Positions 1 to 13,093 of a stretch of DNA of 64,000 nucleotides are shown piece by piece. A program made the translations under genes and the position numbers. Below the pieces are notes generated by a model. That model did not search any database, was not told the DNA's origin, and saw nothing but the letters and a program-made list of their open reading frames with translations. The DNA comes from Takakia lepidozioides (taxonomy: Eukaryota; Plantae; Bryophyta): NCBI GenBank assembly GCA_030704615.1, contig CM060733.1, positions 41,044,001-41,108,000 of the forward strand. Direction: 5' to 3'. Numbering within the stretch: position 1 is the stretch's first letter; every line of letters begins with the position of its first letter.

Positions 1-156
1 TTAGTTTATGGTATGGAAGCTTTATTTCCAGTGGAATTCCTGCTACCTACCATGAGAACGGAATGGGGAAAGAGAATGGAATTGCAAGATTCAATTAAGG
101 TCAGGAAACATGAATTATACCATGTGGAAGAAGTACGTGCTGATGCAGCTGTGTAG
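1..156 (+). pseudogene. Ty3/gypsy integrase C-terminal fragment (runs off window edge)
   Basis: Frame 1 reads LVYGMEALFPVEFLLPTMRT...VEEVRADAAV*, matching the LVYGxEAxxPxE motif downstream of the gypsy integrase core. Confidence 0.6.
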
Positions 157-185
157 TGTGAATGCAGGGGAGTGAACATTACATT

Positions 186-321
186 TGATTCCTTATGAAT
201 ATTGAGTGAGATTTATCTATTGTGGCAAACTAGTTTATTGTGTGTTGTGTGGTTTGGACCCTGATGTAGTTGTGTAACGATACATATACGCACGACAGTT
301 GGATGAAAATATGACATGTTT
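186..321. repeat. Short inverted-duplicated segment, partner 49071-49206
   Basis: tgattccttatgaatattgagtgag...atgacatgttt is the near-exact reverse complement of 49071-49206. Confidence 0.9.
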
Positions 322-1268
322 ATAGCCACTTTTCTAGCCCTGCCACCTCTATTCTCACCATGTGGCCCGCCAGCGATTTTGGAAAAAAATAAATAAATAA
401 ATAAAAACACTTCTACTCACTACTCACAAAATAGTTGTCCCTTTTTAGGGCAAACTAACAAAAGGTACTATAGAGGTACATATGTACTACATACTCATTA
501 TTTTGGATTCTTCGCTAACTGTACCTCAAACATGAACATTGTCCTAAGGTACTAAGTGGTAGATACATATTCCACATCTAGTCAAATTAGACCGGACGTT
601 CATGTACTCTTCAGCTATGAAATGAGTATAATAACGCTAAATTGACTTGGGTGATAATAATATACGCAAATTATTTTGTCTAAATTAATGAAACGCATTG
701 CGAATCACTACACAAAAAAGAGGGAGGGGGGGGGTTTACATATGTCAAAGCGAATGTACATTACTGTATTCTTTCATCTTGAAGGGCTATTGTGTCTTTG
801 CGTTGGGAATGGACAACACCACATTAATTAATAGTTATAATCAATGTGTGATGTGTAATTTCTTTGCATACAATCGGTCAATCAACATTGTCAACATATA
901 TAATTCATCATATATTGCATTGATATCATAGTTAGATGTACAATTCATAATGTCAAATTAGATATGCAAGCTCGAAAACGGCTATCAAGCCACAATAATG
1001 TTTTGAGCAAACTTACTAGAGAGCATGGCTCTTATTTACGTTGGTTTGAGCAAGAGTTGTTTCTCTCTTGACATAAAATATACGATAGACCCAATAGTTA
1101 GGGCACACGAAGAACTGCTCATAAACAGTCTCGTTGGTTCCAAAACTACATAAATGTATGTTGGATGTCACCCACCTTAGCCAATCTTTAAAAAGGGGGT
1201 CAAATGGTGAACCGGTCATCTAATTAATGTGTGGATATATGAGGATTTATTTATGCCTCTCATTTCTT

Positions 1269-1826
1269 AATATTAGCGTCTTCAATGCACCTATGGGCCC
1301 CGCTAGTACGGCCATGGGGTGAGCTCATAAGCCCACCACCCATTTGTTGGGTCCAGATTCTGAAATTTTTCTTAAGTCCTTGTTCATCTACCGCGGCGGA
1401 CTTTCTAGCGGACTGGGCAGACCCTCCAGCAGACCGACGAGCGGACTGGGCACACCCTCCAATAGACCGATGAGCGGACTGACTCCAACCTTCCAACGGA
1501 CTGGCAGACCCTTCGACAAAATATATATTTAATAACACACGTCACTAGCAGACCCTTCGATAAAATATATATTTAATAACACACGTCACTGCCACATTAC
1601 AACTTGATAGGATTTGAACACTAATCCTCGTGCTTTTTGTTCATTGCCCTTTAACCACCACACTACCCACCATTTTCTATAAACCTTTGAAATAACTAAT
1701 GCTTTATTTGCATATTGTGGCCCCAGCAGACTGGCCGGGTCCGGGCACTCCCTCCCTCTACGACCCCCTCTGCCACATGCGGGCCCCGCCGCAGCCAGAT
1801 GCGCGGGCATTGAAGATGCTAATATT
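1269..1826. mobile_element. Tourist/PIF-Harbinger-like MITE
   Basis: Terminal inverted repeats AATATTAGC(G/A)TCTTCAATGC at 1269-1288 and 1807-1826. GC-rich subterminal repeats, an internal tandem duplication at ~1505-1590, and no coding capacity. TSD is ambiguous. Confidence 0.65.
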
Positions 1827-2462
1827 GTTCAATGAGAGGTTTTTTTTATGAGGTATGTTTGGACAACCACATTCCGTTAACTAGGACCACTAAAAGGTTT
1901 CCACTTTCCAAATTGAATGTACTAGCATTAATTTGGGTGAAATGACACCATAATTTATGCTTGTTTTACCCTTTGTCTTTTGACATAGATAAAAATATTA
2001 TTTGAAAAAAAGAATATAATTAAGAAGACTATGAAGTCAACTTAAAGCCAATTTATTTTTATAAGTATTCGCACAAGTGCTTGTAGTGCATGGTCGTTTT
2101 GATTGTTATTTTTATAAGTATTTGCACAAGTGTTTGTAGTGCATTGTCGTTTTGATTGTCTTTGATGATCTCGACAACGTACTGAACGGTACAAGTTTTG
2201 ATTTTTGAGACATGGGAGCAGTCCCTTGACGGTCAACAAAGGGTCAATAAAAATAGAAAGAAAAGTAATACAAAAGGCACTTTCTCCCAACATTTTTTCC
2301 TTTACGCGGATAGCCTTTTAAAGAATATGATAGATCTATAATTTCTTCTTGAATGATGTATTTGTTGTGCATCTCAAAATAATTCATGTTAAAAAACTGT
2401 ATGTTATTTTTTAATTCCTAATAATTTTACATCCATTAAGTACATCATCCATAAATTGGAGG

Positions 2463-2468
2463 TATAAA
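2463..2468 (+). promoter_or_regulatory. Candidate TATA box of the secreted-protein gene
   Basis: TATAAA ~130 bp upstream of ATG 2594; conserved in the inverted copy. Confidence 0.45.
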
Positions 2469-2593
2469 ACTACAGTTGTTGTCACTCTGAGCTCTCCCAC
2501 ATCTATAGTCAATTCCGAGCTGCATAGGTGCACATCGGTGTGCTTATGTACAAAAACTGGAACTGCAGCCACAACAAGTTGCAGCTACTAATT

Positions 2594-3735
2594 ATGGCAC
2601 CAATGTTTCAAAGGATGGTTGCTTCTCTTTGCTTGGTCATGTTTCTGATGTCAATTCTATTGAGAAAGGCATCTGCTTACTGTGTGTTTAACGATGCGTC
2701 CTATGCCATCACCGCCCTACAGGTGATCATGAACTATGAGTCATGAGCTTAAAACCTACATGAAAGTGCAATGAGTTACAAAGTTTGAAATGTCCTAAAT
2801 AGTATACAAATAGTTGTCAATATTGTACTCCACTCCACATATGGGAAAGTCGTCAATTCTATATGTTTGGTCATGGTATTGATACTAGAATTAGGTTGAA
2901 AGGCAGATGTCTACGTATGTATCATATACATATATCAACATTTTACAAGTTTATATCATGAGTTACAAGAATTCTTGAGTAAACTAGTTTTGACCGCTCT
3001 GCTTCTAGTTTTGAGATTTACCAGCAAGAAATGCTCGGAATGGCAATCAAATCTCAAAGTCTAGAATTATTTCTACTACTATAGATGTATCAATAATAAT
3101 ATTCCACTTCGGAAGAAAGATACACTACTATTGCATTTTATTGCTTCTAGATAAAATATTGTTGATATGATCTTCACATCATCTTCCCTTTGTGTCTATA
3201 GCTCCCGGTGACGTCGGATTCCTTCAAAAATATTGTACGTGCGGGCAGCTCTAGTTGTTGCAACTGGAAAGTATATGACTGTACTCTTGTATATTCGACA
3301 AACGTCAATAATCAGCATACCGATCAATGCGCAACAACCCCATTTGCCATCTTCAAGTATCAACTCGATTTGGCAGAGGTAGAAGCAGCAATAATTCTGA
3401 AAGAAATTGAGACTATCTTGAGCGATCTTAGTTCTATGTTCCCCAATAGCCATACTATAACTTGGATAACAAATTTTGCGGGCGTAATTATACCTGTTGA
3501 GTATAGTGCTCTTTCACCATCGAATGCTGCAAGTCTCATAACAAATATCATCGGTTACAAGTATATCCCGGACTTCGTTGTGAACGTTATCAATGGGGGC
3601 ATAATTGAGCATGACTTCGATGGTAACAATGTTCCAGTTTCATGTTGGGAAGGAACATGCCAAGGCCCAAATATCAATTTGGATGGAAGCACAGGCCCTC
3701 CTTCTAATATTTGCCCTAACGGCATTGACAAGTAA
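2594..3735 (+). CDS. Two-exon secreted cysteine-rich protein, ~220 aa, unknown function (exons 2594-2722, 3202-3735)
   Basis: Exon 1 MAPMFQRMVASLCLVMFLMSILLRKASA|YCVFNDASYAITALQ has a hydrophobic signal peptide and an ASA cleavage site. A phase-0 intron (CAG|GTGATC 2723 ... TCTATAG| 3201) joins in frame to LPVTSDSFKNIVRAGSSSCCNWKVYDC...NICPNGIDK*. Confidence 0.8.
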
Positions 3736-5659
3736 GCTACATGGAAGGACATTGATGTTTTGATAGGTTTTTAAACATGTTCTCTACGGCTGAGGATGCC
3801 AAAAAAAGCCCTAAGATTGAATGCAAGGAGATAGAAGAGCTACTCTAATAATCAAGAAAGCTCTCCAAAGTTTCGAGTTGGAAAATAACATGTAGTATAT
3901 CTAATTTTGGATTGAAATAGTGTGAGTTGGAGGGCATAGTACTTTGACTTGCAGATCATAGCTCTAATTCATGGAGTCGATTTGTACAAAATCGGGCGCA
4001 TTCAATCAATACGGAACTATAGTACTAAAAGGAAGAATGTTAGCAAAAGAAGAAGACACTTGACACTATTAGGTGTGCGATGGATTTTCTCACAATATGT
4101 ATAAATATTGTCTCTGCAAGAAATGAAGAGATTCTCCGTCATATTTTGTGTAAAAATGTTTATATGAGCATATGACGATAACGAGATGGAGAGTTAGGTT
4201 TTTTATGTGAGTATCTTTGTGTGGTTCAGGTAATTTAACCCATAAACGCCCACAAGGCCCAAAATGGGTCAAAGGTTGGGTTTAAGCAAATGTCACGGGC
4301 GCAAATGTGGGCCAAATTCTTTTTTTTTTGTGCATGCATAGCGTGTTGTTGTTGGGATCTTGCATGCAAAAACAATTGAGCAGATGCAAACCGACGGGTG
4401 AGATTTAGGATTTCTCGTGGCTAGGGTCTGGCTGGGCAGACTTTTGCCTGTTTCGTTTCCTTCTCTCTCTCACTCAGCCTCGCGCATGTCGCTTGCAGGT
4501 TTCCATTGACATTGTGATTTTCTTGCAAGTTGTCTTTGCCCTTTCATTCTCATGTAGGTTGACGTTGCGGTCGGCATGAGCCCGATGTTGTTCCTTGCTT
4601 GCATTTGTTTGTGGTGTAGTGTCTTGCTTTGCATTGTTGCGCATTCGGGCTACTTGTCTGCTTGGCTTCAATAGAGGCGGCGAGTGTTGTCAGTTAATTG
4701 CTATTATGGCTTGTTAGAGGGCTGCTTGGGACTTAGATTGAGACCAACAGGAGCCTTAGGGGTGGTAGCAGCAAGCTTTAGGGGGGGTTCTTCACAAATC
4801 GTGGGTATGTGTTCCTTCCCATCACTATTCCTTCGATCATATTCGCTGTCTGCTTTCTGAATGAGGTCCAATTGTGTTTTTTTTTGTCATGGGCTTGATA
4901 GTCTGGAGCTTCATCTTCTCACGCAACTCACTTTCAGTTTTTTGCGAGCTTTCATCCTTGATTTGCTAGTTTGCCCAATCCTGAGTGAAGGTATGGACAG
5001 TCCTTGGGTTTTAACCTCTTGTTCAGCCTTCTCGGATGCCTCCATGAAAATGTCTGGTTATCGCTCATACCCTGCTGAGCTGCAGAAATTGTCGAGCCCA
5101 AAGTCCTCTTCTTCTTCAAAGCTTTGTTAGTTTTCACTCGTACTGACAACATGTGTGGGTTGTTGCAGGATGGCTTCTTCATTCTCCAGTTTGGCCTTCT
5201 TCGCACTACCCCTGGTCATCATGTCGACATGTGGTGTCTTGTTCTTTAATCCTTTGGAATCTGACCATTTTTTATACAGGCCTTCCAGCTCACTTAGCGC
5301 CTCGAGCTCCTTGTCATTGAATTGACTTGACCCCTCAACACTCATCCTTGCTTCCCGCTCAAATGTTGTACGACTAACAACTCTTTTTTCTCCCATATAT
5401 TGGCTGATTACCTCAAAGGGCACTCCATACAATTGCCCATGAGGTTCTGCCCAGTGTTGGGAGGATACATTTTTTCTGCCATTATACCTTGAGGGTAAAA
5501 CCCAGTAAGGGTATTATCATATATACCCTATCCTAGAAATTCAAAAATACCCTTACCCTACCTTTGTCAGGGGTAATTATTTTTGTTATACCTTTAATGG
5601 ATTATACCCTGGGGTTTGAAATTTCGAAGGATACTGTCATGGACATAGCCCAGAGGAAT

Positions 5660-5910
5660 TTACCATGAGTAAATACTAGAAGTTACCAAGTTATCATGTT
5701 ACCAAAAGTTACCATGATTTACCATGATCTACCATGATTTATCATTAGTTACCAAGTTACCGGGAGTTTACCAAATTACCGAGAGTAACTTGAGAAACTG
5801 CTCAGGAAGCTTCATTTGGAGGAAACTTCTCCATCAAGATACCTCCTTTGGTTAAGGAAATTTCTCCATCAAGAAACCTCTATTGGGGAAGCTTCTTAGA
5901 GAACTTCCTA
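5660..5910. repeat. Degenerate short tandem repeats (TTACCA; GAAACTTC-like), probably a TE end or LTR remnant
   Basis: About ten TTACCA units at 5660-5780, followed by ggaaacttct/gaagcttc repeats. Confidence 0.5.
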
Positions 5911-6436
5911 GTAGCCAGTATATATAGGAGGTGATTCGCGTTGAATTCGTTTGTATTCTTCAATCATACCAGGGACAAGAGCGGCATAGATGTAGAAGCG
6001 GGTCCAGTGCTCAAGTGATCCACAAATGAAACAGGGCACACGTTTACCTTGAACCTCATACCGTGTGCCAGTCTGAGTGTGGCCACAATGAGAGTCAGCA
6101 GGAGGAGGCTTGGCAGGTGCGGCCCTCCAGGATCCTTCTGCCCTGACAACCTTAAGCTGAGTGTAACACAATTTTAAGTAAATTTGGACTAAAGTTTGGT
6201 CCAGAAATAAGGAGAAATATCTGAATATGTATTTTTTAAATCTTTTAAATGAATTTAAATGGATCATTTTAAATATAAATATAAATATATAAATAATTGT
6301 TTGTCTATTAATATATAATATGAGCAATAAAGAACCATCATGTATAAACTTCAGGAGAAAAAGCAGTTTTTATTTGGCTCATAAAGCAAGTTCTACTGTT
6401 CACTCGACGTTTAGTAAGAATTGAGAGATACCAACA

Positions 6437-6650
6437 GTCAGTAGCTCAGTTGGTGAAGTGCACTGAGTGCTACCCAGATGATTATGAGATCAAATCTTGC
6501 TACTGACGAGTGTGGTATGTTCCTGGGTGGTGTCCCATTCCAACGCCACATGGCGGGGTTACTGTGAAAGAGGTATACTATTAAGGGGGCCTGATTTGTG
6601 AGCTGTCGCTCCCAGGTGTTTCCATTACATTAAAAAATAAGTTAAAAAAA
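6437..6650 (+). mobile_element. tRNA-derived SINE-like element
   Basis: Box A TAGCTCAGTTGG, degenerate box B GAGATCAAATCT, complementary ends gtcagtag/ctactgac (6437-6507), and an A-rich tail at ~6632-6650. Confidence 0.5.
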
Positions 6651-8032
6651 CGGGTGTCGGGTGATAACTCGCTTCATGATCCGTGGCCTGATGGATGATT
6701 GGAGCATCAGTCATATTCGTAACCGCGACTGAGCTTACGAAGGCCATTACTATGTAACGTACAAGACAAATCAATCAAATATGTGAGCAAAACATGACAC
6801 AATGACACAATATGAAATGAAATGAAAGACAATGGGGAGACACTGATGATAAACAACCAGGTTTTATTTCAGAACCATGTCAATTTGAGTAAGTCTCGCC
6901 CGATGCGGCATGGACCAATACAAATAACGTAAACCATGTCAATGAGAGTAGCAACTTCTAGAAGGAGGGCTGAACTCCGTTAGCACAAGACGATGTCGGC
7001 CGACGTACTTATGATGAAAATATTTTAAGAAAAGTCATTTCCCAAAATCACGATATTTTGACAAGGTTGGAGGGACCATTTTCAAATCTGTATTCTTCCG
7101 TTGTTCCGAAGGTTTTCGTCAGCAGAAGATGGAAGAAGTCCCTGAAATGTTGTCTCGAAAATCGTAGATATGGTGATGACCTCACAAAAAATATCCTCCA
7201 ATATTACCCCAACCAACAATGTCTTGTGCGACCGACGTGCAGCTGTACTTCTCGAAGAATTGGTGATCTTGCAGACTTTCAGTGAATCGCGAAGATGATG
7301 AATTACTCGTATGCTCTTCAAAACATAATGTGCAAGTAACTGACCCTGGAGTAAGATGCTGAAAGTATCCAATTGGGGAGTAAGTATGCTGCTCGTATGC
7401 TTCTGGAGAGTGGCTCGGTGGCGAGTACGTTGATGGAGAGAGTGACGTTTTCTGTGAAATCTTCAAGGAAATAGTGTCGGGTGACCAGTCGAGGTTCATC
7501 TGTGACGAACTGTGGTGCTTCTGACGATTTACTGTAAAGCACTCATAAACTGATCACCAACTAAATAATCTCCAACTGACTAACCACCAACTAATTGATT
7601 GGAGCTGTCACAAGCAATGTCAAAAAATCTATTTACTGTTAGGTGTTTGATGCTATTGTTGTTCATGTAGCTGAATTGTATAGTGGTCGTTTTGCTATTC
7701 CCATGCGAACAATATCGGGTCACCAGAAACTGTCATATTCAGACTCTCGTATCAGCCACGGCCCACCATCATTGACCAATATAAAACCATCAGCTGCATG
7801 TCAGCTGAGAACTAGATCTTCGATTCATTGTGTGCGACTCCAGAGAAACACCCTAGCCCACAAGTAGTTGGCCAGCAGCTTGAGATATTTCTCCGGGCTG
7901 TGATTGAATGAACTGGAGATTCATTCTTAGCTCATGGTTTCATGTAGGTGGTGCCTGATTCCGATTTCGGAATATGGCAGTCTCAGTGGACTTGATGTTG
8001 TTGGAATGGGAATAGCAAAAAGACTCCAAAAA

Positions 8033-9007
8033 TCGGAAATCCAAATATATATATATATATTTGACGTTGCGACACCTCGGCGTCGCAAAAGCGTCACTAA
8101 GGGTGCCCCAACGCCTCTGCGACGCTAGGGCGTCACAACAACATCACCACAGTGGGAGTTTGTTTTTTTTTTTTTTTTTTGGGCTTTGCCGCCCTCAACT
8201 TCACAAAAGCGTCGTTGGGGGCGCCCCGCGTTGGGACGCCCAACGTTGCGACGTCAGGGGGTCGCAACGGCGTCGCCACAGAGGGTCGCAATGGTGTTGT
8301 GGTCAGCTTACATACACACAATGACGTCGCTTGGGGCGCCTGGCGGTGGGGGGTACAACAACGGCGACGATGCTGGGGCTGGGGCTAGGCACTAAGGTTG
8401 TGGAGGTTGCAACTCCCCGGCGTCACAAGAGAGACCCTTTAGAAAGAACTTGAAAGAAATCTTTATATGTATATATATATATAGATTGCTTTTGTGATAC
8501 ATAGATGTAACGTAGGTGTGTTGGTTAGTTTGTAGTGTCTTAGAAATGTTATAACGTGGAGGTCTTAGGTTCAAGTATATATTGCATGATATATGTAGAA
8601 CGATGAACATATCGCCATTAGACAGAATTGGAGCCAATGGTCAACAAATTTTTGAAATTCAAATTTTCCCGCCTAAATTCAAATGTACCCCCTTAAATTG
8701 TGACGTCCGGCCGTCACACTTTGCGACCCCTGGACGGTGCTAATTCTGCATTGCAGAGTTTTTTTTTTTTAATTTTTTTTTTCGACACCCGGGCATCGCA
8801 AATCGCGGTTTCGCATATTTGCGACTCCCATTGGTCGCATATTTGCGACATTTTTTTTGGCGACGGGCTTGCGACGCCCAGGCGTCGTAAATTTTGTTTT
8901 TTTCCCCGCCCGAAAAGGGTTGTTTTACGACGCCGCAGTGTGGCTGCAGCGTGGCCGCGGCGTCGAAACCCCCCCCCCCCCCCCCCCTTTTTTTTTTTCC
9001 TGTAATG
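8033..9007 (-). mobile_element. Truncated non-autonomous CACTA (family B, GCGACG-rich subterminal repeats)
   Basis: One terminus is present (reverse CATTACAGGAAAA...GGGGG ending at 9007); homologous to 60686-61665. Confidence 0.8.
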
Positions 9008-9628
9008 CCCCTTGTTGCCTTGAGCACATTGGGGAGTTGGTTGTTGTTGGCTAAGAACTCCACTTCGTTGTGTCTCCTTGTCAAATCCCACCATAACCAT
9101 CCGCTCCTCCACCATATTGAGTTCTATCCGCTTTGTCAGCAAAAACACATTTGCTAAGGTGGGTTGGGCTACTTGTAGGAGAGTTGTATCTCGCACCCTT
9201 CTCCTCAGCTCCTTGTCCAGGATCCCATACCAGAACTGGACTACCTGAGCTTCTGTAACCCCTTGTGTTACGTCTATCAAGCGCCTCATGCGAGTGTAAG
9301 CCTCCCTCAAACTCTCAGTAGGCCTTCGTTGGAACTCTTGCAAGTTCCGTAACTTCTCTGTCATTATCCCTAGGTAGTTTCTCCTCAACTCCTCGAAGAA
9401 CTCCACAACTGGGTTAAATGCAGATACGGGTGCTAGTGCTGCAGCAGGAGCTTGATGGATTTCCCAGCTCCTGTACCACTTGTCTCACTACTAGTGCTTG
9501 TAGTTGGAGATGTTTGTGTAACTGCTGGTGTCGCCGCTACCCTTGTGTCTCTAGTGATGGAAACATAGTTAGATGACCAATACTCTCGCCACTCCTCAAT
9601 CTCCACCGCATGTCCCCGCCTAAATTCA
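8033..9628 (-). repeat. Inverted copy of 60065-61665 (gag fragment plus most of the CACTA inserted in it)
   Basis: ORF 8714-9406(-) is near-identical to 60287-60757(+). The same CATTACAGG CACTA end and GGG junction are seen at 9007. Both ends are truncated. Confidence 0.9.
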
Positions 9629-11109
9629 GTAATAAATCTTCGACTTTACACTGGCTGGCAGTAATAATAATCGCCTCATTGAACATAAAAATGCATGTGG
9701 CCCGAAGTGGTCTAAAAAACAGGATTTTATGCTTGTTTTATGGATCCAAAAATGAGGGCATAGCCGGACGAAGCAGTTTTTAGGAGAATCGGCATTGGCT
9801 AAAATAGTGAGAGAGATAGCCCATGTTTTCAAGAGTATGAATTGTGGTTGAGTAGGAATGTGCGTAGGATTATTAATAGGAAATAATTCAACAAAATGGA
9901 GACAATCTCTTAAGGGATTCTTTTAATGATCAGGAAGGTTAAAATTGTTACAAATTCTCATGGTGAAAAATCAGGAAATTTGTGGAGATGATGAAGGTAC
10001 TAGGTAGGCACCTCTATCTACAGTCAATTTCTCTGGATGAAAGTTGGTGGGTTGACGGAACGCCTTTTTTGTTGAAGGGTGCAATTCGATGATCATGTCC
10101 ACTATGATCATCAACCATCAAGACAACCAAAACAGTGAACAATTGGTCTGCAAAGGATGTAGGAAAGACAGTGCACTCAGAGGCTAATTTCTTTGGTTTG
10201 GACTCCGGACATGCAACATCTGGACACATATCTCTACATGCTCCTTTCCTTTCAAAGCAATCTCATGTGAATTAATCTCGGAATTAATCTACCATGGTTC
10301 AGTACCAATGTCCCAGTATTGCAGGTAAGTAATCAAATGACTTGAAAACCATGGTGGTCAAGGCCATTCCAGTACTTTCTGAATGCACTGCCATACTTAA
10401 AACCTACTTCATTACCGGATTACCTGCCTCTGATCAAGTCTACCTACAAAAGCATCCTTATCGCAATGAGAGGCATATGGATGAGCGCATGAGGTTTAAG
10501 AATGCTAAACTAGGCAAAAGTTGTCTGCATGTTGTTCATTCTGCTCATCAACATACTTCCGAATGTTCTCATGGGGTTGCCATGGTTAAGGGTGGCTCTA
10601 TAGAGGCCTCTCCTACGTTAATGGAGGAGGTTAAAACCTTACAACAAGAGCTGCACACAACCCTATTTTAAGTAATTCCGGACTTTTGGCTTAAATCCGG
10701 ACCAAACTTAATATATAGCATAATTAAAATTAATTCAGGTATTAATAATAATATCGTGGAATATTGAGTCATTTAACTTGTGAAGTTGCACAATCCCATT
10801 CATGTAACATTGAATGGTAAGTCGAATGACGTACTTTGCATCAGAAAAATATAAAGATAAGATCGATTGAATGAAGTTATTAATAAATTGATAGATGTAT
10901 GACATAAACAGATGATTCAAGAAGATAATATACAAATGAAAAGTAAACATCCATACCATGCTTACAGTATAGTAGTACCATGAACCAATGTATTGCAAGT
11001 TTTCAATTGATGGATTAAAACGTTGAATGGAATAAGGTTGGATTTCAATGAAACATATGAATTAATATTGTGGAAGAGTGTCATGTAGATTCAGCTATAA
11101 AGTCATTGA

Positions 11110-12020
11110 ACCAAGCTGGAATTAGGTTTTAGGATATAGAGTTTGGCTAGGATACATTGAAACATAGTACTTGGTATGAATGGAAAAGAAAATATGGGAA
11201 AATGTACAGATGACTTGGCACCTATGAAAATTTGTTAATGAAATATCCCAACCACAGACTGTATCCAAATTTCTATGAGGAATGTGAATCAAACAGTGAA
11301 GTTTGGTTTAGGGTTTAGGGTTTTAGAAAACTGTAAATGGACAAACAATTATGGAGTTTGAGTCTTTACCCATACGTAGAACAATTCATGAAATATTATC
11401 CCCACCACTTCGACTGTACCCAAAATTGGAAGTAATAAATAAATAAGCATCAAACATTGAAATTAGGTTTTAGGGTATAGAGTTTGCGAGGGTACTAACC
11501 ATAGTACTCGGTATGAATGGAAAAGAAAATATTGGGAAGGGTACTATGACTTGTCACCTATGATTTAGGGTTTAGGGAATAAAATTTCCCAACCACAGAT
11601 TGTATCTAATCTATGAAGAATGCGCATCAAACAATGGAGTTACATTTAAGGGCTTGGGGTTTAGGGTCAGAGAACTATAAATGGACAAACAATTATGGAA
11701 TGTGAGTCTTTACGTGGAGGTCGTACAACAATTCATGAAATATTCCCTCCACTTCGACCACACCCAAAACTGGAAGCAATAAATTAAATAGGCATCAGAC
11801 ATTGAATTAGGTTTTAGGGTACGGAGTTGAGTAGTGTAGTAAACATACTACTAGGTATGAATGGACCAAAAAATCTGGGAAAGTGTACAAGTGACTTGTC
11901 ACCTAAGAAATTAGACTTGAATGAAATATCCCAAGGGCCATTCTATTATGCCCAACCTTGTAAACCTTGAAGAATGCGCATCAAACATTCGAATTAGGTT
12001 TAGGGTATATGGTTTAAGGT
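11110..12020. repeat. Diverged minisatellite, ~345 bp unit, ~2.5-3 copies, with embedded TTTAGGG motifs
   Basis: aattaggttttagg...gagtt...ggtatgaatgg recurs at ~11120, ~11461 and ~11805, with a partial copy at ~11991. GGGTTTAGGG tracts lie inside the units. Confidence 0.75.
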
Positions 12021-12714
12021 GAGGACAATGTAAGGACTGAAGGCTTCATAAGTATTGTCTTTAGAATGTCCTAATAAGATAAACAGACCCAAGATAAATT
12101 GACCTAAGATGACACGGAATAACGGGTGGCAAAGCGAGGTTCAAGACAAAGAAAATTGAGAAGAATCTTAAGATAGTCCGAAAAGGCAGTAAAGGAAATA
12201 TAACTCTGTACTTGAAGCCAAACTTACAGAAAGCTACTGACGAGTAATGGGAGAAGATTCACAAGATTCAGAAGCAGTAAACTGCGAGAAAGCTTGTCCA
12301 TTGAAGCAACAACTTTCACAAATTGCCACGCGGTTTATACTCAGGACATTTTTTAGACCAATCATATTGAGCCCAACAATACGACCATGTGGACAGAAAA
12401 TGAAGGAGATGGGCGAATCTGTTGAGGAGAAGACACTTTGGTGCCAAACCAGAGAACCAAAAGAAATGGGTGTAATGTGAGAGAGGAACTACAAAGAGAA
12501 GGAAGCAGTGACATCAGGAAAACTAGGAACTTCGGATGATTACTCGAGGTTCCTGAAACGTTACAGAGATGAGGTCCGAAAAAAAGCTGGTGGCTGGCAA
12601 AGAAGGTAGATTAACATTTGATCACGTGAAGATAAACAATTGGAGAGTGGAGGTAAAACATTAGTTTTATTCTTGAAAACATGTCGAGGAGTGAACCTCC
12701 ACAATATGTCCTTG

Positions 12715-13090
12715 TCAACCTTGTTCTCCGCCCGAGGTTGCATTGTCTTCATTGTCTGACTGTTGATTGGCCTCATCCAAATTTGCTCGTGCTTTCTCCG
12801 CCTCCACCGCGGTAATTTTCTTAGAGCTATTACATGTCGTGTTTTTTTCTGGCGGGCATTGTCCAAACGACAGAGTTAATGTGAATCCACTGAGGGGGAT
12901 CATCTGGATTGAGCTCCCAAACTTTGGACCAACAATCTCTGTACCTGTCCAAATCGGAAGGGCTACCTCCTTTCTTGGGTCTCCATGTCTTCATCTTCTT
13001 CCGACAGATCATCCTCTGCAGGTGTATGGATTAGACCTGCCTTGGAGTACGGATCTGCAATATGGGTTGATAAATTTGACTTAGAGGCTG
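12715..13090 (-). pseudogene. Degraded ORF fragment, probably TE-derived, cut off by the CACTA at 13094
   Basis: Overlapping protein-like frames (DDLSEEDED / RYRDCWSKVWELNPDDPPQWIHINSVVW / KITAVEAEKARANLDE) broken by frameshifts; family not identified. Confidence 0.3.
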
Positions 13091-13093
13091 TAG

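Larger units (their letters stand above)
321..3589. repeat. Left arm of ~3.27 kb inverted segmental duplication (partner 39111-42385)
   Basis: Continuous reverse-complement match from tatagccact (321) to gtgaacgtta (3589). Paired ORFs in the track are near-identical (e.g. 1016-1219 vs 41480-41683; 2042-2293 vs 40407-40658). Confidence 0.95.

Noticed and set aside
4860-6150. Minus-strand ORF pieces (acidic 101 aa; CFICGSLEH knuckle-like)
   Set aside because: Broken by stops, knuckle incomplete, no family recognised; probably old TE debris.
6437-6507. Functional tRNA gene
   Set aside because: Degenerate T-loop, no convincing anticodon arm, and followed by a body and A-rich tail like a SINE.
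7058-7560. Overlapping ~100-aa ORFs
   Set aside because: No recognisable motif or splice structure.
10014-10671. Possible transposase-like exon fragments
   Set aside because: Could not build a consistent frame or identify a motif.
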